The notes under the pieces: generated by a model
Seen by the model: the letters and a program-made list of their open reading frames with translations, nothing else
The model's database searches: none
Told to the model about the DNA's origin: nothing
Translations under genes and position numbers: made by a program
Part shown: positions 9,601 through 18,535 of the stretch, piece after piece
How the letters are laid out: every line of letters begins with the position of its first letter
How positions within the stretch are numbered: the first letter of the stretch is position 1
IMG/VR virus record: IMGVR_UViG_3300019487_000012
Location: 1 to 42,227 of that record
DNA: 42,227 nt
From: a virus
Strand: one strand, 5' to 3'

Positions 9601-10155
9601 GTACGAACGCTCCCAATGCAGATCAATACTAATGGATTTGATGTTACATTCACACCTAGAATAGATGGAGTAGTCGTAACAGCAAGTACACTTAATACTG
9701 CGAGAAGGCAAACAACATTTCATTATTTCAATACCGATATATTTGCAATAGATTTTGCAGGTGAATTCCTAGGTAATGATCCTTTTGAATTTTACGGCTT
9801 TGAGAAACCTGAAGAAGTTGAAATAATTCCAGTTGGAAAGTTATTTGACCAATTAGGCCCAATTGAAATACCTAGAGTAGGTAAACTACTTGCTGTAAGA
9901 TTGCGTGTTATTTCTGGAGTAAGTACAATTCCATTACGTATTTTCACAGAGGATGAAAATGTTTATGAAGTTAATTTCCCTACTGTGATTGTAAATCGAG
10001 ATGTTGTAACTGAAATAGTGCAATTTCCTAAGACTGTTACAGGAACAATCTTTAGATTCGAGTTAGGACCAGTAGCTTTTCCAATACATCGCTATTCCAT
10101 GGATGTTAGATTTAATGCTTCTGGAATGGACAAGAAGTGGATTAAAATAAAGTGA
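6688..10155 (+). CDS. Large tail (nozzle/tubular B-like) protein with C-terminal tandem domain repeats (1155 aa)
   Basis: It is the largest ORF and starts 1 nt after the upstream stop. The N-terminus (WPNGWIPSDDDLNGRKDGLLRMDNCYLDENGVVSLVPGT) resembles the N-terminal logic of podoviral tubular protein B. The C-terminal third carries repeated roughly 100-aa modules. Confidence 0.5.
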   Translation: MAHLTRERWPNGWIPSDDDLNGRKDGLLRMDNCYLDENGVVSLVPGTQIINGPFPGIVHTIYSRVFGSQQQYFLGLSNGAIYSGGGHEIIGAGHPSSASFSTAFGFVFMATGTKKGRWDGTRLYELGLSKSGIVNAVNATGPVVTVLPSWAGAIADTGTIETPGDNVEVLAEENLGAVRVARGADLTAFDDGGFGTDEDRFHFPIRIENTDKLVSVRVAILLEFAEGASDYYFFEWNNNSIPSPFTQGLNAWTSLECKRSEFERVGSNTDLDWKSVAGIRVEVRFTENLHFLATPMYFFGSSKGPLNGSYEYMQVNVRNTGTYQVKSEAGEPSQIVFPINGRVEITPSAASESDVNEIWIFRRSADPSKDVTDIGAPRKLEQWYRVKILESATQFEDELSDELALREGTTHDERNLSILDFQDEIFGLTDYVFGRICYLTVDQIIISAFNDPESYNPFHTVKLSGTNLEKNLWIAKVGEGRLLIGTTKDIYELTGTFRDLPDGTLDINIIGLGVEYAPITVDFAVDRGAVYYFASDGWRRISGANSELLLGDLDLLFKGKNRFGIPPVAIYPNAQARYAVTIYKDQLWAVLNFQDGSRHVVIYDFVRKYWHLRYLEAISLHVTEAGELVGGFGGASGNYLRKLDTGTSFDSNMPVTNVVIQTGYDNDSLPRNRKDTFSLRIKFVNSGTVEVYIGKDREGFTKLGDFASGEYVLKLDDYTLGKAYAVQIIGRNLTEFKWYGFSIEYDPRPEQVSYLRIPNSNLGTLARKRFTSYPFVVDTLGGDVTFTPYIDNSAKAPSTINNAVKLTHSHFFTEETVGVDIGGILEAPENQPFEFYGPNLEDAISEKLPAPTCFLVIPQDDYGNPNRKRHSSYKFKINTRGQLVRFTPKIDGVTYAPLDFSTSEKRTVEYFFIVDTIGIDIGGTLQSLTSDPCVPFEYYGTIVPQHIEVLPPRLKQFYAPETNFGIAAKKRVRTLPMQINTNGFDVTFTPRIDGVVVTASTLNTARRQTTFHYFNTDIFAIDFAGEFLGNDPFEFYGFEKPEEVEIIPVGKLFDQLGPIEIPRVGKLLAVRLRVISGVSTIPLRIFTEDENVYEVNFPTVIVNRDVVTEIVQFPKTVTGTIFRFELGPVAFPIHRYSMDVRFNASGMDKKWIKIK
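8950..9840 (+). repeat. Three clear tandem roughly 100-aa modules inside CDS 6688..10155, flanked by degenerate copies at about 8655..8949 and 9841..10152
   Basis: The three modules align by eye. Module 1: RKRFTSYPFVVDTLGGDVTFTPYIDN...VGVDIGGILEAPENQPFEFYG. Module 2: RKRHSSYKFKINTRGQLVRFTPKIDG...IGIDIGGTLQSLTSDPCVPFEYYG. Module 3: KKRVRTLPMQINTNGFDVTFTPRIDG...FAIDFAGEFLGNDPFEFYG. Confidence 0.85.
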
Positions 10156-10757
10156 TTCGTAAAATTACATCTTTTGAGGATGCCACTGTTGCAATTAAAC
10201 AGTTAGCTGCTAGACTAGATACGCTTTCGTCTTTAAATATAGACATGCGGGGGAGAAGAGTAATAAATGCAAGTCCAAGTCAAGATCAAGATGATTATGT
10301 AATCAGAAGAGAATTAAAAGCTTTTGAACAGGGAATACAAGCTATTTCTAGGGGACAAGCTGTATCAAGTAGTGTTGACTTCGACGACTGTGTTTTTGGA
10401 ATTGCTATTAATTCAGATTTAATAGAAGAAGAGGATATTACTCCTCATCATATTGTAGCAGTTAATAGCAGAATTACAGAAATCTTTTATCAAGCTGAAC
10501 AGCCTCCAGTAGGGAGTGCTGCGAAAGTAGAAGTTTGGAAGAATTTAGGTGCAGAAGATGAAACAGAGGAATTAATAGCTACAATAACATTTAATGCAAA
10601 TGATTTTGCAGTTAAACTTCTGGATGAAGAAAACGAAACAGAGATTGTCGCTAGGGATCTGCTAAAGAAGGATTTCTTAACTTGTAATGTAACACAAATT
10701 GGAACAGCAATTCCAGGTGCGAGTCTTGTTATTAAAATTCGCTACAAGAAAATATGA
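10152..10757 (+). CDS. Hypothetical tail appendage protein (201 aa)
   Basis: GTG start in a GTGA overlap with the upstream stop. The N-terminal segment NIDMRGRRVINASPSQDQDDYVIRREL resembles the 'kItNl.dP....DavnK.Y' motif common at the N-termini of phage fibre/needle proteins. Confidence 0.45.
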   Translation: MIRKITSFEDATVAIKQLAARLDTLSSLNIDMRGRRVINASPSQDQDDYVIRRELKAFEQGIQAISRGQAVSSSVDFDDCVFGIAINSDLIEEEDITPHHIVAVNSRITEIFYQAEQPPVGSAAKVEVWKNLGAEDETEELIATITFNANDFAVKLLDEENETEIVARDLLKKDFLTCNVTQIGTAIPGASLVIKIRYKKI

Positions 10758-11596
10758 TTGTCCCTAAATCCAAAATTATTGCCCGCTCGCCTTTGCGGAA
10801 AATAGCATTGGTGAATGGTCGTGATTTTGCAAGTTTAAAGCTGGATGTTGAGAAAATTCTTAGGCAATGCCGATGGACAAGAGTTGGAGATAAATGGATT
10901 AGCCGCTCTCATCATACTTATGAGTTTCTAGATACTTCTGAGTACCTCGCTAGAGTAGCTTTAACAATAGATACGTCTGGCGGAGGTTTTAAAATTCGAG
11001 TTGACGACCATCAATCTAAGTTGGATTTTACGGCTTTAGATTTACGCTTAACAGGAGCTGATGAATACTACATTTTGGGAAGCAGTTACCAGCTAATTAT
11101 TGCTCCAAAAGGAAGTACTAGTGGAAATCTACATCATATTCTAATTTCATCAATTCGGATTCCTTCATTTGTTAGGGATAACCCCTTTATTGCAGGTATA
11201 GTAGCTTGCGAGGCTGGAAATCTATTTCTGCAATGGAATAATCTTTTTGGGAATACAGCTTGTGGATTGGTTGATACTACTGGATCTGTTTTTCAATGGA
11301 TTAATACAGGTGGAAACGGTATCGCCCAGTTCTTCCCTATGGGAGTAGACAATATTTTCGCAGTAGCTGGAGCAATGAAAATTAAGTCTCCTGCTTGGAT
11401 TGCTTGGGGAACAGGAAGTAATAATGATGTAGCTCGACTGCAAGGATTTCTATGGGATTTAATTTTTGTATATCGTAATGATATAGAGCTGCATACTAGA
11501 ATTGATATCGATAGATGGCTACATTTTCATTTCAATCCTGTACTTTTTAATAACGCAATTCTTTTTGAGTATGCCCGGAATTTACCGACAGTTTAG
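10754..11596 (+). CDS. Hypothetical structural protein (280 aa)
   Basis: ATGA coupling within the tail module. No recognisable motif. Confidence 0.5.
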   Translation: MIVPKSKIIARSPLRKIALVNGRDFASLKLDVEKILRQCRWTRVGDKWISRSHHTYEFLDTSEYLARVALTIDTSGGGFKIRVDDHQSKLDFTALDLRLTGADEYYILGSSYQLIIAPKGSTSGNLHHILISSIRIPSFVRDNPFIAGIVACEAGNLFLQWNNLFGNTACGLVDTTGSVFQWINTGGNGIAQFFPMGVDNIFAVAGAMKIKSPAWIAWGTGSNNDVARLQGFLWDLIFVYRNDIELHTRIDIDRWLHFHFNPVLFNNAILFEYARNLPTV

Positions 11597-12800
11597 CGCA
11601 ATTTCAAATAAGGATTCGCTAGTGAATCTAGTGAAAGATGCCTTATTGACACAAGGTTGGACAATTGAATCTGTTCAACCTGCTGGACAGTGGATTACTG
11701 TTCAATTTCCGGCGGCATTAAATAGTGGTTGGCCATTTCAGCAAGTATCTATAAACGGAGGAGCAACAGGAATTGTTTTTGTATTTGACGGAGATGAAGG
11801 TTCATTTGTTCCTGAATCGCATCAACGTAGATTTAGTGACGGAAATCCTGAAACTTTACGCTCATTAGTTGCTGGAGCGATTGCTGAATTAGGTGGAGTT
11901 GGAAATCGATTTACTCCAGGGACTTTTGAATTTCAAGCAGCTGGAAGTGGACAAACTTCATATATTGTAAACTATGAAGTAATTGGAGGATCTTCTTCAG
12001 GGCATTTTGATATACAAACACCAACAGTAACAGAGACAAATAATCTGATTATTGGCTCAGCCTTGCGACAAAGTTGGGGAATTCCTCAATTTGGTGGACA
12101 TTTTTGTACTTGTCAAGCTTTACATCATGCAACGAATAAATTTAGTTGCTTTGTGAATAACGGTGGACCAGCTACTGGTAGTAATTATCCTCTCTTCTAC
12201 ATTTGTCCACCCCAGGCGAAAGATAGGCATCCTGGTTATTTCAAACCTGTATTTAGTTCAAATAACTATGGATTTCCAGGGCACGCTTCAAATTGGAAGT
12301 TTTTTTACAGTCCTTATAATCTTTGGGCACTTGCATTAACTGCTTCTGCTGGATTAAAACCAGCTCTTTATGCATCTTGTCTACATCAAGCACATAATAT
12401 AAATCAAAGTGTTATTCTTGGAGGAAGTTCATTTGGCGGTGGGTTCCGAGACGCTAACACTTGTAATGGATTATGGTTAGGAAAAAATAGTAATTACTTT
12501 CTAGAGTCTGAAAGTCTGTTTTTTTCAATTCCTTATTTGCGTCGATTTGTTCAATCTGAGAGTATTCGGAAAGCTTGGAATTATCAGGGAGGATTAGCTA
12601 CACAATATTCTGAGCCATATATTATCTATAGAGCAAATAGTTCTGGAGCTGATTATTTTTTACTTGGACAAATTAAAGATGCAGTTATTGCCTGCAATAG
12701 TTATACATTAGATAATGTAGTAACTTTTGATGGAGGAAGGGACTATATTCCTTTTAATCCTGGCCCAAATACTCTCATGTTAGAGGCAGAAAACTTATGA
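11571..12800 (+). CDS. Hypothetical structural protein (409 aa)
   Basis: The ORF track starts at 11502. The in-frame ATG 11571 (MPGIYRQF...) reduces the overlap with the upstream gene to 26 nt. No recognisable motif. Confidence 0.5.
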   Translation: MPGIYRQFSAISNKDSLVNLVKDALLTQGWTIESVQPAGQWITVQFPAALNSGWPFQQVSINGGATGIVFVFDGDEGSFVPESHQRRFSDGNPETLRSLVAGAIAELGGVGNRFTPGTFEFQAAGSGQTSYIVNYEVIGGSSSGHFDIQTPTVTETNNLIIGSALRQSWGIPQFGGHFCTCQALHHATNKFSCFVNNGGPATGSNYPLFYICPPQAKDRHPGYFKPVFSSNNYGFPGHASNWKFFYSPYNLWALALTASAGLKPALYASCLHQAHNINQSVILGGSSFGGGFRDANTCNGLWLGKNSNYFLESESLFFSIPYLRRFVQSESIRKAWNYQGGLATQYSEPYIIYRANSSGADYFLLGQIKDAVIACNSYTLDNVVTFDGGRDYIPFNPGPNTLMLEAENL

Positions 12801-12979
12801 CACCTGTAATTACAGATGAATATTTTCCTACTGAAGGACATTTGTATCCTAATAATGGAATAAATACAGTAGAAAATGAACACGTAATGGCCTTTCCTGA
12901 TGATGGTGAGGACTCTCCATTTAAACAAACTATATCCTATGTTGATGATTCAATAGATCAACAAACATTTGCGTTTTAA
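12797..12979 (+). CDS. Hypothetical small acidic protein (60 aa)
   Basis: ATGA coupling to the upstream gene, same strand and operon. Confidence 0.4.
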   Translation: MTPVITDEYFPTEGHLYPNNGINTVENEHVMAFPDDGEDSPFKQTISYVDDSIDQQTFAF

Positions 12980-12990
12980 GGAGAATTACT

Positions 12991-13764
12991 ATGGCTTTCT
13001 TTGTTCCAGCACTAATAGCTGGTGCAAGTGCATTAGCGGGGGCACTTGCAAATCGAAAACAAAAACAAACAAGCGAAACACAGCAAAGACAAACAGGAAC
13101 TAATAGACAGGACTTTAGTAGCACTACACTCCCTCAATATGATCCTGAATCACTTGCATTTCGTAATGCTCTGTTAGCTGCCTTTACAGGACGATTGCAA
13201 GAGAATCCTCGAAATATTGCAGATGAGCAAATTACTGGTAGTCTGCGTGATATTAACCAGGGATCAGAAATTCAAAAACGACTAATTCAACAACAATTAG
13301 CTTTGCGAGGTTTAAATTTCTCGCCTGCTTCTGCTATTGCTCCGGCGTCTGTTGATGCTAGTAGAATTGCACAACAAAATCAGGTATTAGGAAATCGGAA
13401 TACATTGGTTGATTCAATTATGCGAAATAGACTAGGTGAAGCGAGCGCATTCTTAAATAGTCTACCTGTTGGACAAACTACATCAGGATCGCAAACTGGT
13501 AATTTTGAAAATGAAACTTTTGGAACTACAACACAAACAATTCCTGGAAATATATTGGGTGGAGCAGTTAGTGGACTAGCAACAACGCTTGCGGGACTTT
13601 ATGGGGCTGGGGCATTTGGAGGGAATAAACAAACTCCCCCTGGCCCTTCTTTTTCTGAATTACAAAGAATAAGGGGTCAAGAAAGTGCAAATAGTCCTTT
13701 ATTTGCGCCAACAATTTTTAATCTTCCTAGATTACCTGTTTTTGCTAATCCTTTTGTGAGGTAA
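12991..13764 (+). CDS. Putative internal virion/ejection protein (257 aa)
   Basis: Hydrophobic N-terminus FFVPALIAGASALAGALA, Q/N/G-rich body, G-rich hydrophobic segment GGAVSGLATTLAGLYGAGAFGG. It is the first of three consecutive genes after the tail genes, as with T7 gp14-16. Confidence 0.5.
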   Translation: MAFFVPALIAGASALAGALANRKQKQTSETQQRQTGTNRQDFSSTTLPQYDPESLAFRNALLAAFTGRLQENPRNIADEQITGSLRDINQGSEIQKRLIQQQLALRGLNFSPASAIAPASVDASRIAQQNQVLGNRNTLVDSIMRNRLGEASAFLNSLPVGQTTSGSQTGNFENETFGTTTQTIPGNILGGAVSGLATTLAGLYGAGAFGGNKQTPPGPSFSELQRIRGQESANSPLFAPTIFNLPRLPVFANPFVR

Positions 13765-13766
13765 TT

Positions 13767-14921
13767 ATGCCTGTTCAGAATATAGGAAATGATGTAATCA
13801 GTGCATACTTAGCGGGGCGGAATATATTATTTCGTCGTCAAGCTTTTGAAGCACAAACACAACAACGACAAGAAGCATTAGCAGAACGACAGCGGCAGTT
13901 TAATGAACAACAAAAACAAGCTTCTGAGCAATTTAAAGCTGAACAAGGAATGAGGCAAGCTGCTTTTGACTTAAATAAGTCTCAAGCAATTCTGAATGCT
14001 CAGAAAAGTATTACTGAGGGTTTTATACCTGGAGAACAAATAGGAGATGTAATTAAAGCAACTATTCCAGGATTAGGCCAAGTCGAAGGGCAATCACCTG
14101 AAGCATTTGCTCGCTCTAAGCAGCCTACATTAGATGCACAAACAAAAGCACGGATTGACCAAGCAATTCAAACATTTGAAGGAACTATACCTGCTAGGAG
14201 CCAGCTTGCTATCACACAATCTGAATTAGATGTATCTAAAGCAAGAGAAATAGAAGCTATAAAGTCTGTTTCAGCAAAAGAACTTCTAGCGCTTCGACAA
14301 AAGGGACAAGTTGATTTAGAGCATTTACGTGGAAGATATCGCATTGCTGCCGCAGCAGAAGGGAAAAAAGCAGGAGCTGAAGATTTTGATACTTCATTAG
14401 CTGTAAATGATGCAATGAATGGTGCATTTACTACTAAGAATTTTAATGATTTTAAACTTCCAACAAGCGTGCGCACCAAAATATTTAATGAAGTTCAGGC
14501 GAAAGGTGGACGAATTCTATCAGAAGCTCAAACTAATGAAATTAAATCATTGGCGCAGGTTGCGAATATTATCACTTTGTTTGAACGGGGCAAGAAAGCT
14601 ATAGATGCGAAGCAATTTGTTGAGGCAAATGAATTGTTAGATCAGGGAACTGCTGTAATAGATGCACTTGGACGCGCAATCGGCGGACAAAAAGGAGTTA
14701 TTACTGAACGAGATACTAAACGTATGATGAATTTACGTCCTTCTTTTCCTGGAGCCTTCAAGGGAGCAATTACGGGTAAGGACTTAAATCAATCTAGATT
14801 AGATCAGCTTCTATCAATTTATAGGGACCGAGCAAAAGCTATAATGAGTGGTCTTGGACCTAGACAAATGAAAATGATTGAAGAAACATTTAACTTGCTT
14901 CCACTTATTGTGAAGGAGTAA
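13767..14921 (+). CDS. Putative internal virion/ejection protein, Q-rich coiled coil (384 aa)
   Basis: GAGG Shine-Dalgarno. Long predicted coiled coil (QQRQEALAERQRQFNEQQKQASEQFKAEQ). Position supports the call. Confidence 0.45.
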   Translation: MPVQNIGNDVISAYLAGRNILFRRQAFEAQTQQRQEALAERQRQFNEQQKQASEQFKAEQGMRQAAFDLNKSQAILNAQKSITEGFIPGEQIGDVIKATIPGLGQVEGQSPEAFARSKQPTLDAQTKARIDQAIQTFEGTIPARSQLAITQSELDVSKAREIEAIKSVSAKELLALRQKGQVDLEHLRGRYRIAAAAEGKKAGAEDFDTSLAVNDAMNGAFTTKNFNDFKLPTSVRTKIFNEVQAKGGRILSEAQTNEIKSLAQVANIITLFERGKKAIDAKQFVEANELLDQGTAVIDALGRAIGGQKGVITERDTKRMMNLRPSFPGAFKGAITGKDLNQSRLDQLLSIYRDRAKAIMSGLGPRQMKMIEETFNLLPLIVKE

Positions 14922-14923
14922 AT

Positions 14924-16870
14924 ATGCCTGTTGAGAAGTATACAGATCCGATTTCAGGCGTTACTGAAGAGTATGATTCTGATTCTGGGAAATTACTACG
15001 TAAATACAAAAGTCTAACTAATCAAGTTAAAGAGTTAGCAAAACCATCTAAATCTACACTAATTCAGCCTGAAGCAACAGTAGCTCCTAATTCTCCTCAA
15101 CGCCAAGAAATGAAAAAAGCAATTACTGGTTTAAGTATATTAGGTGAAACTTTACCAGTTGGATTAAGTCTAGCTGGTGATTTCGCAGTAGGTCCATTAG
15201 GAGGCGCAATAGGCGGAGGTGTCGGGAGTGCTTTGCAGCAGTCTTTAATGCGAATAGATCCACGAAATTTTGGACAACCTGCACAAACACCAATAGATAC
15301 TGGCGCTCAAATAGCTTTTGATGCTGTACTCAATCCTGCTTTAAACACTATAACTAGAGGACTTTCTAATATCGGAACAGGAAATTTACGTAAGGGATTA
15401 GTTAGACGTTTTGGGAAAGAAGTAAAAGATCCTGAATTTGCCAGCTTTCTAGCAGCAAATTCTGATTTTCCAATTACAACAGGTCAAGCAACAGAATCCC
15501 CAGTTGCAAATATTCTTGAGCAAGTATTTAATCCATTTAAATCTACTAGAATTAGACAGCAACAGCAGCAAAACTTCATTTCGCATATTCCTAAAGCAGC
15601 TTCACCAAGTAGAATTGCTCAAGATGTTCAGAAAAATTTAAATAGTGGATTTACTGAAATTACTGACAGTGTGAATGCACAATTTACAAACTTGCGAAGA
15701 ATCGCTGGACTAAATTTAGCTAGAACAACAGCAGGTGGAAAAGTAACAACTGTTTCAGGACCTATTCAATTTACAAAATCAGCAGATTTTGCTGAGAATC
15801 TTTTAAAAAGCTTAGAAGCAACTTTGGATGTCCAAGGGTCTGAAGGCTTGAAACAAGCAGTAAGTGAAAATTTAAAACCTGCAATTATAGCACTACAACG
15901 TATCGCAAAAACGAAAGATACCGTTTTAAATAGATTTAATCCAGTGGATATTGATGCGGCACTTCAAATTAAACGCATTACAGGTGAAATGGGATTCAGT
16001 AAATCTTTTCTCGACCTTAAATTAGATGACCGCCTAATGCGAAATTTAAATCGTCTGATTGATGAAGATATTAGAGATTCAATTGGCAAATTTACAAATG
16101 GTGCTGATATTGCTCTACGCCATTATGATATTGGAAATAAATTAGTTACGCATCGCGCTAATTTGTTTAAAGAAACTGCGCCAATTCGAGCAATGCTAGA
16201 GGAAACACTATCTGGTGTACCTGATGTTCAGCAGATCCTGAAAGATCCAGTAGCCATTAGACGCACTATTGCTGCTTCTGGAGGAAAAGCTAAAGAAACT
16301 AGAGCTTTGCTACAGAGCGAATTCTTGGAAGATATAATGAATCAAGCTACTCAGAAAGGAAGAAAAACTTTAAAACATGAAATACCCTTTCAATCTTTAA
16401 CAGATAGATTCCGCAACGAATCTGCTGAGGCTCTATTTGCTCCAGATCATCTAGCAAGTATTCAGAACTTCTTTAAAGCAATTCAGAAATTAGACCCTAA
16501 TGTAAGTAAATCTGGAAATATTGCTTTAGGTATTCGCACGGCAGGAGCAGGATTAACACTTGCTAGTGGACTAGTTCCACTCGCGTTAGGAGAAGATGCT
16601 AGTACTTCGGCTCAAACTGCTGGAACAGTGTTAGGCGCTGTTCTTACTACAAGCTTATTAAGTAATAAAATATTAATGAATCCTAAAGTAGTACGGGCTG
16701 CATTGGGATTAACGAGAGTTAGTCCTAGTTCTACTGTTGCAAAACAATTACGAACTACGTTATTTCTTGCTTTAAGAGGTGCAACTATTCCGCTAACAGC
16801 ACCAGACGGCACAATTGTTGGAAGTGGAGTAGTTAATGATGAAGGCAAAGTAGTGCCAGATAAGTTTTGA
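14924..16870 (+). CDS. Putative internal virion/ejection protein with glycine-rich hydrophobic segments (648 aa)
   Basis: AGGAG Shine-Dalgarno. Hydrophobic G/A-rich stretches near both ends (LSLAGDFAVGPLGGAIGGGVGSAL; GIRTAGAGLTLASGLVPLALG; AGTVLGAVLTTSLL). It is the last gene of the rightward arm. Confidence 0.45.
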   Translation: MPVEKYTDPISGVTEEYDSDSGKLLRKYKSLTNQVKELAKPSKSTLIQPEATVAPNSPQRQEMKKAITGLSILGETLPVGLSLAGDFAVGPLGGAIGGGVGSALQQSLMRIDPRNFGQPAQTPIDTGAQIAFDAVLNPALNTITRGLSNIGTGNLRKGLVRRFGKEVKDPEFASFLAANSDFPITTGQATESPVANILEQVFNPFKSTRIRQQQQQNFISHIPKAASPSRIAQDVQKNLNSGFTEITDSVNAQFTNLRRIAGLNLARTTAGGKVTTVSGPIQFTKSADFAENLLKSLEATLDVQGSEGLKQAVSENLKPAIIALQRIAKTKDTVLNRFNPVDIDAALQIKRITGEMGFSKSFLDLKLDDRLMRNLNRLIDEDIRDSIGKFTNGADIALRHYDIGNKLVTHRANLFKETAPIRAMLEETLSGVPDVQQILKDPVAIRRTIAASGGKAKETRALLQSEFLEDIMNQATQKGRKTLKHEIPFQSLTDRFRNESAEALFAPDHLASIQNFFKAIQKLDPNVSKSGNIALGIRTAGAGLTLASGLVPLALGEDASTSAQTAGTVLGAVLTTSLLSNKILMNPKVVRAALGLTRVSPSSTVAKQLRTTLFLALRGATIPLTAPDGTIVGSGVVNDEGKVVPDKF

Positions 16871-16883
16871 TTGCCTTCCTTAG

Positions 16884-17348
16884 TCAATCAATTGATTGAA
16901 AATATTCGTCAATTGGCCAGATTCCGCGCTCAATAAACTCTTTTCCTAGTTGTGCTTCTATAAGATATCTACGGCTAAACAGACTTCCTCGTGGAATATT
17001 CAACTTTTGACAGACAGTATCTGTTTGAATATGCTGAATATAGCAAAATTTAAAAATTAAGTAATCCCTTGGTGTAAGCGTGTGTTTTATTGCAATTTCG
17101 ACATCTGCAATATACTCTTCTGACTTACGCGAATAAGACCAAAAATGAGATTTATAAAGTGTTGTCCGTCCACGATTAGATAATGATATTTCCTTGTAGT
17201 ATCTATTCCAAATCGCTCTAAATATCTTTCTAGCTACGCAAGAACAAATTAATTGCTCTCGCTTCCTGCCTATTCCAAAGCAATGCGGACACTTTGAATT
17301 AGCAAGAGCTAATGCACTGCCAGCTATAACTTGTGGTGTAGTTGGCAA
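16884..17348 (-). CDS. Putative transcription regulator: Cys-cluster N-terminus plus sigma-70 region-4-like helix-turn-helix (154 aa)
   Basis: C-terminal TPRDYLIFKFCYIQHIQTDTVCQKLNIPRGSLFSRRYLIEAQL fits the sigma region 4 / LuxR-type HTH pattern. N-terminal CPHCFG...CSC. The ORF has no ATG, so the start is TTG 17348 with no obvious SD. It is the last gene of the leftward arm. Confidence 0.45.
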   Translation of the reverse strand: MPTTPQVIAGSALALANSKCPHCFGIGRKREQLICSCVARKIFRAIWNRYYKEISLSNRGRTTLYKSHFWSYSRKSEEYIADVEIAIKHTLTPRDYLIFKFCYIQHIQTDTVCQKLNIPRGSLFSRRYLIEAQLGKEFIERGIWPIDEYFQSID

Positions 17349-17353
17349 GGTCT

Positions 17354-18535
17354 TTAATCACTATCTAACCCTAGCATAAAAATATCAATTCCCTTTGTCG
17401 TAAAGGAGTAACCAACTTCCTTTCCCACTATCCCTTCAAGAACTAAATCCCCTTGAACTAACATTTGAATTATTTTATCTAGTTCATCAATACTGACTTC
17501 CCCAAATAAATTACGTACCAACTGTTTCCTAGGAATTTTTCCTTTGGCAGCGATAATAGCTTTAACAACCATTGCGTGTTGTTTGCTATTTACTGCTCCT
17601 CCTACTCCAACAGTTAAATGCCTATATGTCTTGCGGATTCCTGTAACTAAATCAATTGCTTGCTCGATATCGTCTTTTTGAAGTGTTAGATCGTTTATTT
17701 CCTCCTTCGCAGCGGCCAAGGCTATCGCTATTTTTAATGCGTGGGTTCCTAATCGCGCCCCATACCCAATTTTATCAATGTAAATCTCTTCTGGCATTTC
17801 ATAATACCAGCGATTATATTCTCGCTTAGCCTCTTCTGAATAACGGAGCACCCCTTTTATCTTGCTTAGTTTCAGTAAATGGTTTACTAATGGTTGGGGC
17901 TCTTTTGCATTTACTTCTAGGTCTAGAAGAGATTTACGATGCCTTGCTTTTTCCTGATGAATTACGAAAGTTCTTCCTAGCAAACCTCCTTTTACTGCTT
18001 GTTCGGTATATACTGACTTAAATAATTCGCTATTGCTTGCTGCGAGCATACTGAGACATACATTTTTTAAATGCGTAGTTCCGCTAATTAAGTTGTTAGA
18101 CCATTCAGCATGAAAATCAGCAAGATCTATAAGTAAATCAATCGAAGATGGATCTTTAACTAGAAAGGAACTAAGTTCTTCACTATATAATAGTGCTGCG
18201 GCGCCACCTATAAAAACGCCACGTTCGTTACTGTAGCTCATTCCTAGTTCTTTGACTACAGCTTGAACACTGGCACGTCCAGCAATAAATTTAGTTACGC
18301 CTGCTTCTCTTAGTAATTTACCTGCAAACTTGCAAGGTGCTGCTTTACGCACGTTTCCTGATTCAGCATACAGAATAGTATATATGTTTGGATATACTGT
18401 CCCTTGATGCCAGTCTAAATAAACATTATTTCTAAGTGCTGCGGCTAAACATGTTATTGCACTCCATCTCCAGAATTCTTCTGGGCTTTCAGCTTCATTA
18501 TTGTAGTCAAGATAGTACTCAATGAAGTTGAACAT
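17354..18535 (-). CDS. Replication-associated protein, DUF3987/primase-helicase-like architecture with a degenerate P-loop and a winged-helix-like C-terminus (393 aa)
   Basis: YPNIYTILYAESGNVRKAAP occupies the place of the usual ...G.sGsGKS P-loop. AALLYSEEL is Walker-B-like. The C-terminal segment KIPRKQLVRNLFGEVSIDELDKIIQMLVQGDLV looks like a wHTH. This is similarity by eye only. Confidence 0.35.
   Translation of the reverse strand: MFNFIEYYLDYNNEAESPEEFWRWSAITCLAAALRNNVYLDWHQGTVYPNIYTILYAESGNVRKAAPCKFAGKLLREAGVTKFIAGRASVQAVVKELGMSYSNERGVFIGGAAALLYSEELSSFLVKDPSSIDLLIDLADFHAEWSNNLISGTTHLKNVCLSMLAASNSELFKSVYTEQAVKGGLLGRTFVIHQEKARHRKSLLDLEVNAKEPQPLVNHLLKLSKIKGVLRYSEEAKREYNRWYYEMPEEIYIDKIGYGARLGTHALKIAIALAAAKEEINDLTLQKDDIEQAIDLVTGIRKTYRHLTVGVGGAVNSKQHAMVVKAIIAAKGKIPRKQLVRNLFGEVSIDELDKIIQMLVQGDLVLEGIVGKEVGYSFTTKGIDIFMLGLDSD

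Noticed and set aside
17349-17356. Possible programmed frameshift fusing the 393-aa replication protein to the sigma-like ORF, which lies 5 nt downstream in the -1 frame and has no ATG
   Set aside because: The downstream frame carries a TGA four codons upstream of its TTG (..tga tta aag acc ttg..), overlapping the end of the upstream gene. No open path for a fusion exists.
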